A stretch of DNA of 64,000 bases, from assembly GCF_000981445.1 (NCBI RefSeq), contig NC_027218.1, positions 248,001 to 312,000 on the forward strand. Direction: 5' to 3'. Under the pieces are notes generated by a model, which searched no databases, had not been told where the DNA came from, and saw only the letters and a program-made list of their open reading frames with translations. The position numbers were made by a program, and so were the translations under genes. Origin of the DNA: Babesia bigemina. Its lineage: Eukaryota. Each line of letters begins with the position of its first letter. Position 1 is the first letter of the stretch. Positions 22,929 through 33,948 of the stretch are shown here, piece after piece.

Positions 22929-25900
22929 TCAATCCAATGGGTTACTGCGGCGGAAAGAACCCCAAATGTCCCCTCCTGACTTTGCAATTGGTGCCTTATC
23001 ATCGGTGTTTAAACCAGACCTCAGGGGGTTAGATGAATAGTTAAAAACAGGTGAAGCATTTTGCAGGCCAGTTGCCTGGAAGTTGCCTGAAGTGAAACCC
23101 CTTACCCCAGTAAAACTTGGTATAGTGCCAGTTAATGGCCCTTCACCGAACAATTGATTCGGTTCTTTCTGAATGTCATTGAACATAGACTTCCCTGCGC
23201 TTTTAGACAGAGCCAAGTCAGCAAACGACGTCGGCGAATTTGTAGCATAAAGCGCAAACGGCGCAGGTCCACTGGGAGCTGCAACTGGAGCAAAACACGC
23301 ACTGCTTAGTGTGCACTTTGCCATGTCCCCAGTGTCACCAAACTTGTACGTTTGAACCTGATGAATAGCACCGCCAGGGATGGACGAACTCGAAAGTGCA
23401 GTTGTGCTTAGACCCAATCTAGTGTTATCAGCTGTGCTGCTAGAAGAAGCATCTAACGATGAAACTTCTGCGACAGTGTTATAACTTCCAACAGACATGC
23501 CTTCGGTGTTGCCGCTGGCTACAACATTCGATAACGCATCCTTGGGTTGTATTACAGCTGTCGAGGTCCCATCCTTTGAATGCGTGCCTGTTGCGGAAGA
23601 AGTGCTACTATCACTTGGATTATGGCGTCCGTCTTTCCGAAAATCGTTTGTAGTGATTTCTATTGACGTTCCTGTTGTTTCATTAGTTGTGGAGAAATTA
23701 TGTGTCCGTATACTCCCCGTCTCAAGGTAGTTCTTGCTGTATAGCAGGTCACAACCTCGAGGGCGTGCCTCCTGAGTGAATACGATCTGCGTGGCGCAAA
23801 TTGTTTCACTTGATTTCAGTTTTGATAATGTGCCGTATTCGTTAAACTTCATTTTCACTTCCTTGTATTCTATGTCGGGATTTGGAGCATGCTTGATGTG
23901 AACGTCTTTCAATTTTTTTATTAAATCACTTATATCTGTCATTTTGCTTTCCCTAGTACGCTGCCTGATACAGGAATCTCTACGCATCGTGGTTTCAGCT
24001 TTATGGCTAAAAAGACGGTTATTTTCTGCTGCCGATATTTCGTTTTCGTAAGCATCCAATTTATCATTAAGTGAAATCAGCACCCCTTTTGTGGCATCTA
24101 AGTGGTGCTCCATATCTTTCAAATCTACTTCTGGGCCATAAATGTGAAATTTCGACGTATATGACTGCATAGTCTCTTCGTACATCTTTTTAATATCATC
24201 CGACAACACATCGATGCTGCCATTGGAATAATCACCCGTAGCGCCGCTAACATTCCTTATGATTTCGTTGTAGATGCTTTTCACATCTTCAAGGCTAGAA
24301 GCCCAATCATCCATTTTTACACCACGTGGAGTTGCAACTTCACTGCTTATGGTGGACTCTAAGTCCTCTAGACGACTCTCAAATATGTGAAAGCAGTTGC
24401 ACAGCATTTCTAAGAGGCGTATGCGCTCGAGATGTCTCTCTTTTTCAGCGGGTAGCTGTGCATAGGCCTTTATTGATGAATGATACACTTCATCTACTGC
24501 TGCCAAAGGATCAAGTGCTTGGGGTTGTCCAATTTTAGATGATACAACGTTCGAGGAACTGCGCGAATCTGTGAATCTGTGGCAGTTGGCGGTATCGGGA
24601 TTTGTAGATAACTCAACCGACTTCTGTCCACCGTGTGTAGCTTGAGTATGTCCTAACCCCGTACTGCCTGGACGTAAATTCTTGTCATAGGAGCTGCTTG
24701 TGTGCTCTACCTTCATACATGCAAACATGTCATCCAAATGTGCACCCTCAGGCATATCCGATGTATGGTGGATAATTGACTTTTTATTTACGACGTTTTC
24801 ATCACTACATCGGCTGGCAACGAATGAACTAAACAAAGACCCATCAGTGTCACGTCTCAATCGGGGAAGTTGCTCCACTTCCTTGAGATCTTTGTCAATC
24901 AACCAAGTGTCTGCATAATGTAGAGCAATCTTACTAGCCCCTTGTGCCAACATAAAAACGGTTGGGTCAGTCAACAGAGGTGCGTCCGCAGATGCATTCT
25001 TACGGTACAATTTGTCTCTATACGAGGTACACACCACGAGATCAGTTGGACAGCAATCTATGTCAACAGATTCAAGACAGTATCCCTCTTTCATGTTTAC
25101 CACATGCCATGTAGAGTCTCCGACAAGTTTAACATGACGCGATATCACTACAACCATAGTAGCGGCATTGGACCACGCAAATAAACACTGCCATTCATCT
25201 ACCCAGACAAACTCAATTTGGGGGTATATGTCGTCAACAGTGAGGAACAATTCGTTGAATGCCCAATGTACCACAGTAGCTTCGCTGCTCGTGTAGCGGC
25301 AAAGTAATATTAGTGAATCTTGAATGTCAATAACCAGGCCTATAGCCACCAAGTCGCCAGATATGACGTGCGAACCAACCACATCCGTTATCTGTGATGC
25401 TTCATAGAGAGGTGGTAACTGAAGAGTTACGAATTTTGATGGGTCTGGATATTCTTTGAAGATCTGAATCGAAAGACTGCCATTAAACTGGCAAACGAGA
25501 TGAAACCCATCTGATCCAGCTGGTGAAATGCTCTTACAATCTCTCAAGATGCTTTTCTTAGTTCCATCAACCGAAATCATGTGAAGAACAGAGTCCGCGT
25601 CACGTACAAGAAGATTTTTACCGCTCCAATATACGCATTCAAGTACAACGGTGAATTCAGATTCGAACCTCTTCTTACCTTGTGAAAAGTCATACACCAC
25701 CACTTTATGAGCTAACAGGCACGCGATGAGATGCCACTCGTGTAGTATGCGGATGCGTTTAATAGCATCCTCAAACGTTATGCGATCTAGCAGATGCGCG
25801 TCATAAGGTTCATTGGCTACCGCACTAGACACGAAAGCAGTTAACTGGTATATATAAACGGATGCATTCTGTGCAACGAACAACAAGTCGTGCGCATTTG

Positions 25901-26012
25901 ACACTTCTATGTGAATGTTATGATCACTTTGAACATCAGACGTGAACTCTACCTGGGGACCATGCTGGAACATGAGCCCATCGCAGTCATCCAGCGCTAC
26001 CAACTCTGACAT
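22929..26012 (-). CDS. Divergent nucleoporin-like protein (beta-propeller + coiled coil + Ser/Thr/FG-like tail), Nup159/Nup214-like
   Basis: 1027-aa ORF: beta-rich first ~380 aa, central coiled coil, low-complexity tail with KFG, LFG and SFTG/GFT motifs. The CDS is secure; the product is inferred from architecture. Confidence 0.55.
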   Translation of the reverse strand: MSELVALDDCDGLMFQHGPQVEFTSDVQSDHNIHIEVSNAHDLLFVAQNASVYIYQLTAFVSSAVANEPYDAHLLDRITFEDAIKRIRILHEWHLIACLLAHKVVVYDFSQGKKRFESEFTVVLECVYWSGKNLLVRDADSVLHMISVDGTKKSILRDCKSISPAGSDGFHLVCQFNGSLSIQIFKEYPDPSKFVTLQLPPLYEASQITDVVGSHVISGDLVAIGLVIDIQDSLILLCRYTSSEATVVHWAFNELFLTVDDIYPQIEFVWVDEWQCLFAWSNAATMVVVISRHVKLVGDSTWHVVNMKEGYCLESVDIDCCPTDLVVCTSYRDKLYRKNASADAPLLTDPTVFMLAQGASKIALHYADTWLIDKDLKEVEQLPRLRRDTDGSLFSSFVASRCSDENVVNKKSIIHHTSDMPEGAHLDDMFACMKVEHTSSSYDKNLRPGSTGLGHTQATHGGQKSVELSTNPDTANCHRFTDSRSSSNVVSSKIGQPQALDPLAAVDEVYHSSIKAYAQLPAEKERHLERIRLLEMLCNCFHIFESRLEDLESTISSEVATPRGVKMDDWASSLEDVKSIYNEIIRNVSGATGDYSNGSIDVLSDDIKKMYEETMQSYTSKFHIYGPEVDLKDMEHHLDATKGVLISLNDKLDAYENEISAAENNRLFSHKAETTMRRDSCIRQRTRESKMTDISDLIKKLKDVHIKHAPNPDIEYKEVKMKFNEYGTLSKLKSSETICATQIVFTQEARPRGCDLLYSKNYLETGSIRTHNFSTTNETTGTSIEITTNDFRKDGRHNPSDSSTSSATGTHSKDGTSTAVIQPKDALSNVVASGNTEGMSVGSYNTVAEVSSLDASSSSTADNTRLGLSTTALSSSSIPGGAIHQVQTYKFGDTGDMAKCTLSSACFAPVAAPSGPAPFALYATNSPTSFADLALSKSAGKSMFNDIQKEPNQLFGEGPLTGTIPSFTGVRGFTSGNFQATGLQNASPVFNYSSNPLRSGLNTDDKAPIAKSGGDIWGSFRRSNPLD

Positions 26013-27307
26013 GGCTGAACCTCGAGTCTCGAACGAACAGATCTTGTATGTCGGCTTCTACCGGGAAGTCAAAATTCAGGGATGCGATAATTCTCGATAA
26101 TTGCAATGTCGCAGCCAGAGTGGCCGATAAATCGCCTTGCCCATTAGTAGCGAACCAACCGCAACCAAAAATGCGCTTTAAGTCAACGCTTCTCAGCAAT
26201 ACATCCGACTCTTCGCTTCTCTGAAATCCAATACATTTGATTAGCATGTCTGACTTCAGACTAGTCAGTTTGCCAGTGATATGTGCGTTTAAACGGTCAT
26301 CTAGCCTGTTCTCGTCTAAAACTATAGCACTAATGGCTGAATCCTTCCCTCCTTCTATCGAATTAACTGTTTTAAAAAAGTCGAAGTGCAGAGTTCTTGG
26401 TGTGTGCACTGCCTCAAAGTTGTCGTGCGCAATACCATTGAAAAATTCAAGTCTTCTACGCATTCGGCGATCAAGAACAGGGGGCTTATAAACCAAAGAA
26501 CGTTCTACCGAGTGGTTTTGGGTGATGGGGGAGAAATAATTCGTTTCCGTGATCTTGCGCAACTCTGGGTTTGTGAATGAAGACTGAAAGATACCGCGAC
26601 GTCCAATAATTGTCACAGCAGCGATATCAACGCTGCGTAAGTTGTGCAGAAATGTCTTGTCTATTTCTGTTCTTTCCAAGAAGGTGGCAGGGGTAAGAAG
26701 GATGCGAGCTATGTCCAGAGAAACATTACCGTTGCCAATTATGCTAACAGTCACACGTCTTCCCAATTTTGCGAGCCTGAGGAAATAAGACCGTACACAT
26801 TCAGGGGCATCGGGGTGACTATTATAAGAACGAATAATGTCTAGCGAATCAAATACTCCTTCGCAACTATCCCCAGGTATAGACAATGGGCGTGGAGACT
26901 CGGCTCCGCATGAAAGCAGGCATACGTGATAATATCGCATTAACTCATCGATGCCGAGATCTGTGCCCTGTAGATCCTTTGTCGTTTGTGGTTTTAAATG
27001 CACACAAATTAAGCAGTTTTTGCGGTAATATAGCAGTATAAATCGAACTTCAGTCGTATAAACAAATACATTCACTTACCACACGCACATTGAAGAAGAA
27101 TCGCTCCTTCGTATTCGCCAGCAAAGGAGTAGCACTGCGGCGAATCGACAAAGAATCTGGTGCAACTCCAAATCGGAGGAGCCCTAAAGCTTGCGGTAAT
27201 CGGTCGAAAAGGTCCACACGCGCACCTGGTAACACGTGTCCTCTTAGATTCCTGGCCAGATACAAACCACATGGACCTGCTCCGACTATCGCTATGCGTG
27301 GGTGCAT
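25987..27307 (-). CDS. FDXR: NADPH:adrenodoxin (mitochondrial ferredoxin) oxidoreductase
   Basis: IAIVGAGPCG, GLLRFGVAPD, intron 26968-27079 giving FNVRV|GTDL, IIGNGNVSLDIARIL, IIGRRG, GCGWF. Confidence 0.9.
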
Positions 27308-27314
27308 AATATGA

Positions 27315-30300
27315 TTACGTGTGAGTATTGTTTAACAAAAATATTTCTTTGTGGATTAGGGGGGCGCGCAGCCGCCAGAAACGGATGGAAGGCAGCCGTA
27401 TTATGCCGCCTCCCGCGCGTTCTATGGCCATCATCTTGAAATGCAATTGCAAACAATCAATAGGGCGCAATACTTGATTCTTTCCTCTCACCGGACCTTC
27501 TACAAACCAATTGTCGTCGGATTCCAGCTCATATTCAAACGAAACTTCTTTGGCAGAGCGAATTGTGACACATGCTTCAAATAGCATACCGATAAAGCAA
27601 AAAGGCGGTGTATTATACTCAACCGTAACATCACTTCCAGTTAGTTGTGGAAGATTAAAACGGTATTCCAATACATTCGAAAGAGATTCTAGCTCACCAC
27701 CAACATTCGTTCGATGATGCATACACTTGTGCCTCAATATGCGATAGCTCACTATTACCTTGTGCTCTCCTGTAATTAGTGCAGTGCATCCGTTATTAGC
27801 AGCTATGTCCTCTGGAGTCTCTCGTTGCTTATCGCTAGAGAAGTCACGCTCGGCGGTTATAGCGGTTGTCGTGTGATGTGGTGCACTACGCATCTGTAGG
27901 TCTCCGACTGTGCGGAATTTTCCTGTTGATAGTGTCGCATTGCTATTCGGTGGAGTCAATAGATAGCTAGTTCCTGTTTCCCCATCATTTCCGTCAATTG
28001 ATATGCAAAAATCGGACCCCCTTTCCAACAAAGTCGACTCCTTAACCATTAGGCAACCATTTACAACCACGCTACCTATCTCCGTGTAGAATGGTGCCGT
28101 TGGGCCTAAAACTACCTGAAGCAATGCATTATCTGATGTTATAATCTCCCTGCAGAAGGGCGGTATAATGGTAAATTCAAGATTGAAATCAAGTCGACGA
28201 CCATTATAGATTGATACCGTCTGACAGATCTTGTCTTCATTAACCGTCGAATCCACTGTTATCGACGCGCATATAACGTGACTCGATGCTCTACCCTTTG
28301 TAAGATTCAACACAATTCCATCATCCGTCTTCGTATAATCACACGATGTTTTTATCTCATCAGAATACAAAGAAAAATGTTCCGTGTCATATATAAGGCG
28401 AGATTTGTGAAAGAATATGCGTCCCACTGTGAACCCAGACAGGTAAAATGCAATGTAGTTCTTCACACCTGTCAAAAGAACTGGATCAGAGCAAGTAATC
28501 GCATCCGAACACGGGCGAGCAGTAAGAGTTATTGTGTCCTCTTTATCACACCTTATGAAAGATGGGGGAAGCACGAGAGCCGAAAGCTTGTAGCTCGGCA
28601 TTATATTGTATGTCTTTAAAGCACGTATTACACCGCTAAGCACCCCAAGCGGAATCGGTGTGCAAGGCCTTTGCACAACCTCAAAAGTTTCACCAGATAT
28701 GATGAACGACTCCAAAGTATAATTGCATGTCTTGCTAAAACGATGCTTTAACACATAAACATTCAACCCACGATGTAAAGTGACGTCGGACAAGGATAAC
28801 TCTTCGCATTCGTGGGCCAATGTAGGCGGATGGTCATTTATCATTCGTTCCTGGTCTTCACATAGACGCACGTGAATATTAACTTTCAAACAATCTACGG
28901 TGGTATATACGTTGAGTCTAATTTTGCATATATCAGTTTTATGTTTCAATGACTGTCCATAAGTTTGCATATATCCCCTGGTGCTGTCTATTGCCAACTT
29001 TGCATCCGACAATACTCGGAGGTAATCGTTCACTGCTTCATCCTCAATTTGAGTGGGGGTGAGACATATATTTGGATAGTTATGTAAGCAATCCAAATTG
29101 GCTTGCAGAACCGTTTTTACGCTATCCAAAGGATCGTTGAGATGCACATTTGGTTCGTGAGGTCCGAACCACGCAAAAACATGTTTGCTATCACCCTTAT
29201 TAAGAGCCCGTAAGAACCACCCTAGCTGGCTAGAATCTTTCTCCATGGACAATGCTGCTGATTCCTTGCCGTATAAGTTTGCCATAACGTTAGAAAAACG
29301 GGGCATATCACCATGTGAAAAGTTTAAGGATGCATTCTCCATGGCTTCTGCCATCATTCGTTGTCTACCGTCAGGTAACTTCACGGCCTCCCACATTTCT
29401 AACTCCATAGTGCGATAAAGGTTGTAGGGTAATTCGACATTTTGGATGTTTGAAACTTCCAGGGTGTCGTCGCTTGATACTGCAGTATCCATGTTTTTCA
29501 AGGTTTTGTACAAAAAAGTGTATAAGAGTCCTATACATCGTCTTATGCACTTGGAATTATTAATGTTATATACGCACTCAACGCCATTTGGTGAGTGTAA
29601 TGGTTGACAATACTTTTTTGGTGCTTCATTAGTATCCGTTGCAATTAAATTTGCTGTGAGATGTCCCGAATGTTCGACCGCCTCTTCATTTTGAAGATGT
29701 CTACTTTTTTTTCGTTTTATTGCGGATCGTAGCTTCTCTAATGTTGACGGTTTTGAGAACTTCTGCTGAGTGTTGGCAGAAATAACTGTTTCAGCGATAC
29801 CTAGTTGGTCTGATGTTGATTTCATACAATCCCGCAAGTAGCAGAGCGATTTATTTATTAATACTAACAACCACAACAGGTGTTTCTTGCGCAGATCCCG
29901 GCGTGTTGCCATAAATGTTAACATGCAGCAATCCAAGAAAATGCGACAGATGCGGGACAAACTCTCAACACCGTTAACAGGTTCTAGTAAGCGTATCGCG
30001 GTGCAGCAAAGATACTGGTATATATCGAATTGGTTGCTTTCGTTGTCTATGCCATAACCGCTTTCCATGTAAAAAACAAAAGGTGCTCGTACAAAGTCTT
30101 TCGGAGTTATCTTTTTCATTAGATCAGCTTCCACAGCACGCAATAGTTCCGCATAACCGTCTGCTGCATCCAGTATCAATCCACATTTGCCATAAATCCT
30201 TAACATGGACTCATAAAACAAAATGCTTTCGGACGTATGATGGGCGCTTGTCTTGTGGATAACTGCCGCAATATCTGATAATCTTCCAGCGACTGTTTCT

Positions 30301-30947
30301 GATATACACTCACTCATCATCAGCTGCACGTTTTCCCAGTTCTTGGTTCCAAAGGTCTCTCCATTACATTCCATGTCTTCCTCGGCCCTTGGAGTTCTCT
30401 GGGCGTTAAGTAGTGATAATTCCAGCATCGGAACCAAGCACAATCGATTGTGGCGCAGCGATAACGATTGTAACATATGCCGTATTTTGTCTATAGTTTT
30501 GCAGTTGGATTTTTGCTGGTCTCGGTTCTCCTTTTTGCATATCCCATAAATGATAAGACATTTACCCTTCAATTTCGACACGAAAGACTTCAGTTGTGTT
30601 TTTACATTGCGTTTAAATAATTCAACATCCATCGGAGGTAATATATATAAGTGTAAAAATGAATCGTCATGCATATGGACGTTGGCATTACGGAAATCAT
30701 TGGGATTAGTGTCATCTGCCTTCACATACCTACAATAGAATGACCCACCCTCACCGATTTCCTTATCCAGACCAGGAAGTCTAATATTGTGCCGATTCCA
30801 GTTTGTCCCATTTATTTTCTTGGTGTTTACAGGTAACGGTAAGATATCATGCATGTTCGCCTTTATTTCTTCCCAAACATTGAAAGGGTCTACGACACAG
30901 TATAATGTATATGGTTGACCACTTACCGCTGTACGATACAAGCACAT
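27315..30947 (-). CDS. TRAPPC10/Trs130-like large subunit of the TRAPP complex
   Basis: 1210-aa ORF. C-terminal EYELESDDNWFVEGPVRG...GIIRLPSIRF resembles the TRAPPC10/11 Ig-like end domain. Confidence 0.6.
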   Translation of the reverse strand: MCLYRTAVSGQPYTLYCVVDPFNVWEEIKANMHDILPLPVNTKKINGTNWNRHNIRLPGLDKEIGEGGSFYCRYVKADDTNPNDFRNANVHMHDDSFLHLYILPPMDVELFKRNVKTQLKSFVSKLKGKCLIIYGICKKENRDQQKSNCKTIDKIRHMLQSLSLRHNRLCLVPMLELSLLNAQRTPRAEEDMECNGETFGTKNWENVQLMMSECISETVAGRLSDIAAVIHKTSAHHTSESILFYESMLRIYGKCGLILDAADGYAELLRAVEADLMKKITPKDFVRAPFVFYMESGYGIDNESNQFDIYQYLCCTAIRLLEPVNGVESLSRICRIFLDCCMLTFMATRRDLRKKHLLWLLVLINKSLCYLRDCMKSTSDQLGIAETVISANTQQKFSKPSTLEKLRSAIKRKKSRHLQNEEAVEHSGHLTANLIATDTNEAPKKYCQPLHSPNGVECVYNINNSKCIRRCIGLLYTFLYKTLKNMDTAVSSDDTLEVSNIQNVELPYNLYRTMELEMWEAVKLPDGRQRMMAEAMENASLNFSHGDMPRFSNVMANLYGKESAALSMEKDSSQLGWFLRALNKGDSKHVFAWFGPHEPNVHLNDPLDSVKTVLQANLDCLHNYPNICLTPTQIEDEAVNDYLRVLSDAKLAIDSTRGYMQTYGQSLKHKTDICKIRLNVYTTVDCLKVNIHVRLCEDQERMINDHPPTLAHECEELSLSDVTLHRGLNVYVLKHRFSKTCNYTLESFIISGETFEVVQRPCTPIPLGVLSGVIRALKTYNIMPSYKLSALVLPPSFIRCDKEDTITLTARPCSDAITCSDPVLLTGVKNYIAFYLSGFTVGRIFFHKSRLIYDTEHFSLYSDEIKTSCDYTKTDDGIVLNLTKGRASSHVICASITVDSTVNEDKICQTVSIYNGRRLDFNLEFTIIPPFCREIITSDNALLQVVLGPTAPFYTEIGSVVVNGCLMVKESTLLERGSDFCISIDGNDGETGTSYLLTPPNSNATLSTGKFRTVGDLQMRSAPHHTTTAITAERDFSSDKQRETPEDIAANNGCTALITGEHKVIVSYRILRHKCMHHRTNVGGELESLSNVLEYRFNLPQLTGSDVTVEYNTPPFCFIGMLFEACVTIRSAKEVSFEYELESDDNWFVEGPVRGKNQVLRPIDCLQLHFKMMAIERAGGGIIRLPSIRFWRLRAPLIHKEIFLLNNTHT

Positions 30948-31453
30948 CGTTTAGGCGATGGCCCCTCATCTTCACATATAACCTATGCCCAAACTATCCC
31001 GCGTATGGATAACGATTGTATCTCTAACATCTCCTGAAATATAGCTTTTCAGTGATAATACGTTCCAAGTGATATCAGTTGGCACATAACAAAACCAATT
31101 AGTAGTGCTGTATATCGTTGTAAAACGAGCAGCACGCGTGGATGTGGTATACCTTCTGTGTCAGGTGTGTAGAGGATGCCAGCGCGCAGTGGTCTACACA
31201 GAGTGCCACACCCAAAAAAAATAAGAAGGTATTTGTCTCGTGTGTATCATATTCCTGCAATAAGAGTTGTCAGTGGAAGGTTGATCGATCTCTGTGTCTT
31301 TAACAGTACAATTATCGTGTATATGATAAGCAAGAGCTGCAGCAGTTTTTGAATCTTCTATACTCCAACGGTTACATGAAATGCTCAAAATTAACGAAAT
31401 ATTTTAATAGGGCGATTATAGTTTGGCTATACGCTGCAGTTTGTGAGCCGCTT

Positions 31454-32229
31454 ATGGATCTGCATGAAGGGTTCGGGTACGCATTCGTTTACCGATGCAA
31501 CAAGCACTGTATAACTAGCGAAATCGCATTGTATCCAAGACGCAACCGCGACCCTTCAAACGCCTGTAGTGATGTTATTCCGCCGTTCAATCTGGATCCA
31601 GAAAAGATAAAGGCACAAGTGCTGCACTATGGTCCTGAAATTCCGGAAGGCGCGTGGAGCAAACCGTGCAGGCCACCTGGATTCTGTGGATACAGAGGAA
31701 GTATGTTACTGTATTTTACACTCATTATAGACGTGCAGTGGCATCCGACTTCAGATTTTGTAAGCCAGACAGTGCCGTAATGTCTAGAATGATGAGACGC
31801 AAATACAAACAAGTGGGTTCAATCAAAACTCATGATACGGATATAATCTACTAAGGCTGTGTTCACAATATCTATCTAATGACATTATAATAAAGCGTTC
31901 TATCAGACCGAAAACCTCACATAAGAGCAGGTGATATACAAACACGTCAGAACAAGGTACAAGCAATATATCAAAGATGCGCGCAACGTATCCGAACTCA
32001 TGTATTGGCGAGCTAAGCTCGACTCACTTCCTCGCGACTCCGCCAAAAGTAGATACAAGCGCATATGTATGATCACAGGTACGTACGGCAATGCGGCCAA
32101 CTGATTGTCACGAAAACCTTTGCAGGCCGCACAAGAAGCGTAAGCCGGGTAATTGGCCTCACACGGCACCAATTTAGAGAATTTGCAAACCGGTGTCTAA
32201 TACCCGGCATACGACGGGCAAATTGGTGA
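31454..32229 (+). CDS. MRPS14: Mitochondrial ribosomal protein uS14m with N-terminal extension, multi-exon
   Basis: Spliced C-terminus LDSLPRDSAKSRYKRICMIT|GRTRSVSRVIGLTRHQFREFANRCLIPGIRRANW*. Confidence 0.88.
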
Positions 32230-32250
32230 TTTATAAACTTAAATAAGTTT

Positions 32251-33948
32251 CTAGAGGTATGCATCAACTTGCTTCCCGTAAAGTGTGATGGGCTGAGCTG
32301 AGGTGGTGGCCTTTTCAACCAAGTGTTTGCTGAGCTGCACTATGACGACTGTCATGTTGTCGCAACCGACGCCTTCGCTCTCGCTAGGGTTGCTGGATAG
32401 GCATTCGTCGCACAATTCCTCGCATATTTTGGCTAGAGTTCCAGGGTCATTATTAGCGACACCATCTGAGTCTACAGCGTCATTGATGGCGCCCTCATCT
32501 CTAAAAAGACGGCTGCGCACGAAATCCACAACCTGCTGATTGCTTTTGCAGTCCCAAATGCCGTCGCATGCTAGTACAATGAATTCATCTTGCGGTGTCA
32601 ACGGGCATATTCTAACGTCAGGCATAGCAGAAATACGCTGCTCGGCTGGGGGGAGCGATTGGTCACGCTTAAACGCCAAATCACCAAGAGATCGGCTAAG
32701 ATTCAAATTGCCATCCACCCTTCCGTTCGTTACGGATCCGCCAGCTCGCCGGATCCGTTCCCCTTCTTCACGTAATTGAGGTTTATGGTCATGAGACAAG
32801 GCTACTGCTTGACCACCTCGGCTTAATACAGCTCTGGAGTCGCCGGCGTTGGCCACTAGTATGGCTGGCGTCTCTCCACCTACAACCACCACAACCACTG
32901 AAGTGGAACCACACCCATAAGCTAAACTAGGGCCATCACCGTCACCTATTGCGTCTGTTTCTACTTCGTATTCATCATCAGGGAGGCAATCCCCAGATCG
33001 CATCGATTCGTCATCGTTTACGGTGCGAGTGACCATCTGGTCTTGGATAGTTTTGCTGTCCTGCGTTTTCGGACCCAAGTCGTTCAATCGTATGGACGCG
33101 CCCTCCTTCGATATGTCTACCGAATGTGCTTCAGAAGATGTGTGTCTATAAACCTCATCATTTACATCTTCGTCAAGATCATCTGGTGACTTTTGCTGGT
33201 AATCTTCGTCGTCTTCGCTATATCTAGTTAAATCCTCAGTGGAGTGGACATCCGATTGATTCGAATTGTGGAAATTAAACGACTCGCGCAATAGTCGCTC
33301 CGTATGTTGCTCAATTAGACGGATTGTTTGCTGTCGATTTGGCGCACGATCTGGCATAAGTACCTTAAAAAGTGATGACCCGTCTACGAAAGATTCGTTA
33401 ACATTGTCACTCCTAGGTCTTTCGTTGAGTTTCTGTAACGCTTGTTCCGTTTCTGCCCTCTGCAACTCTTCATCTACCTTTAAAAAGGCAGATTGCAATG
33501 ATTCAGCAAGCACCGCCTGTGTCTCCGAAATCGCATCCAAGCTTTTTAGCTCAATGCTTTGGTTATTTTTCAACTCACTTAGACGTGCGATCTCCCCTTT
33601 TAGCAGGCTTGCAAAATTCTCAGATACCCATTGGCTAACACAACTGCCACCATGACCATCGAAGACGCCGTATACGCCAACCAAAGAGTTGTTAATATTG
33701 CCTAGCGCATCTAGTTTGTTAGACGCAACTGCAGTATTGCCCACTTGCGTTTCGCGTCCATTGTCGGTCTCCTTTTCCCCATTGCTGCTACAACGCTGAT
33801 AAAGATCAGGTACAGCAAGGTGTGAATCTTCCATGGAAACACGCCATCCTTGCATTGACGATGATCCGTACCTAGTGGTGTGAGAAGAAAAGTCTCCTCC
33901 GCTGCACGAAACCTTGTCCGTCTTCGGACTACTTAAATGAGCTCCCAT
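32251..33948 (-). CDS. Protein phosphatase 2C (PPM family), N-myristoylation motif, acidic insert
   Basis: MGAHLSSPKT, MQGWRVSMEDSH, VFDGHGG, ANAGDSRAV, NLNLSRSLGD, LACDGIWD, GCDNMT. Confidence 0.95.
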   Translation of the reverse strand: MGAHLSSPKTDKVSCSGGDFSSHTTRYGSSSMQGWRVSMEDSHLAVPDLYQRCSSNGEKETDNGRETQVGNTAVASNKLDALGNINNSLVGVYGVFDGHGGSCVSQWVSENFASLLKGEIARLSELKNNQSIELKSLDAISETQAVLAESLQSAFLKVDEELQRAETEQALQKLNERPRSDNVNESFVDGSSLFKVLMPDRAPNRQQTIRLIEQHTERLLRESFNFHNSNQSDVHSTEDLTRYSEDDEDYQQKSPDDLDEDVNDEVYRHTSSEAHSVDISKEGASIRLNDLGPKTQDSKTIQDQMVTRTVNDDESMRSGDCLPDDEYEVETDAIGDGDGPSLAYGCGSTSVVVVVVGGETPAILVANAGDSRAVLSRGGQAVALSHDHKPQLREEGERIRRAGGSVTNGRVDGNLNLSRSLGDLAFKRDQSLPPAEQRISAMPDVRICPLTPQDEFIVLACDGIWDCKSNQQVVDFVRSRLFRDEGAINDAVDSDGVANNDPGTLAKICEELCDECLSSNPSESEGVGCDNMTVVIVQLSKHLVEKATTSAQPITLYGKQVDAYL

